Shown: positions 63,601 to 64,000 of the stretch, piece by piece | How the letters are laid out: every line of letters begins with the position of its first letter | How positions within the stretch are numbered: the first letter of the stretch is position 1 | DNA from: Lepidodermella squamata | Taxonomy: Eukaryota > Animalia > Gastrotricha | DNA: 64,000 nucleotides | Reading direction: 5' to 3' | NCBI GenBank assembly: GCA_047495785.1 | Contig: JBLDXI010000043.1 | Span: forward strand, 248,001 to 312,000 | Made by a program: the position numbers and the translations under genes | The notes under the pieces: generated by a model | The model's database searches: none | What the model was told of the DNA's origin: nothing | Seen by the model: the letters and a program-made list of their open reading frames with translations, nothing else

Positions 63601-63958
63601 GCTCGCCTGGCATGCCATGCGTGACGAACCAGCGATCCATGCAAGCCATTTGGCTGCTCGCCCAGCAAAACGTCAGCGCCATCAGCCAGATCCCGTTCTC
63701 AAACCTGTCCAGCTACGTGTCGCGATGTGCGGTTTGCATAGCGAAATCGCCCGTGATCACGCTGCACCGAGCGACGAAATGCCCGGCGGATACGCGCAAG
63801 CTGTGGAGCGGCTACAGCTTGGCCATGTTCACGAGCTCGATGCTGTCCGTCTCGGCTGATTTGTCGCATTCTGGGTCGTGTTTGCAGAAGTTTCAAACGG
63901 GCCTCGCTATCGAGTGCGACACGTCGCAGAATTGCCGGCGCTACAACGATTTCCGCAG
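60685..63958 (+). CDS. Short-chain collagen IV-like protein with C4/NC1 domain, 3' end beyond window (exons 60685-60792, 61031-62152, 62217-62313, 63550-63958)
   Basis: Signal peptide plus CKSCESC, an interrupted Gly-X-Y region of ~345 codons, then VVHTQS..C..LLWTGYSFLY..GQDLGRPGSC..YVSRCAVC..LWSGYS..SGSCL (two C4 repeats). The junctions are phase-compatible. Confidence 0.88.
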
Positions 63959-64000
63959 GTGGGCATTTTTCATTTTTCTACCTAAAATTAGGAAAAAACA

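Overview
Eukaryotic (invertebrate animal) genomic DNA with GT-AG introns, many only 47-66 nt, and the standard genetic code. I cannot determine the taxon from the sequence. The first ~44 kb hold a same-strand tandem array of eight two-exon class C GPCR genes of the GABA-B type: seven intact and one with three in-frame stops. All lack a C-terminal tail, have lost the TM3 cysteine, and share a TTCC(G/T)G element 60-103 nt upstream of the ATG. Interspersed are two divergent Cys-loop (pentameric ligand-gated) channels with an unusual PDRP pore motif and no acetylcholine aromatic cage. One of them (33728-37171, 7 exons, 948 aa) is fused behind two L-type-lectin-like domains and a Thr/Ala mucin stalk, which is the most novel object here. 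The array also contains an astacin-like/EGF/CUB/kringle gene with a degenerate active site. Further right are two GPI-type three-finger (Ly6) genes plus a remnant, an ankyrin-repeat gene with a mitochondrial-like presequence, and a beta-propeller gene split by a Harbinger-like element whose TIRs supply in-frame splice sites. A 2-TM protein and a short-chain collagen IV-like gene that runs off the window end follow. Foldback/MITE elements and decayed LINE fragments are scattered throughout. Working hypothesis (inference): a lineage-specific chemosensory receptor island. All gene models and family calls were made by eye, without searches.
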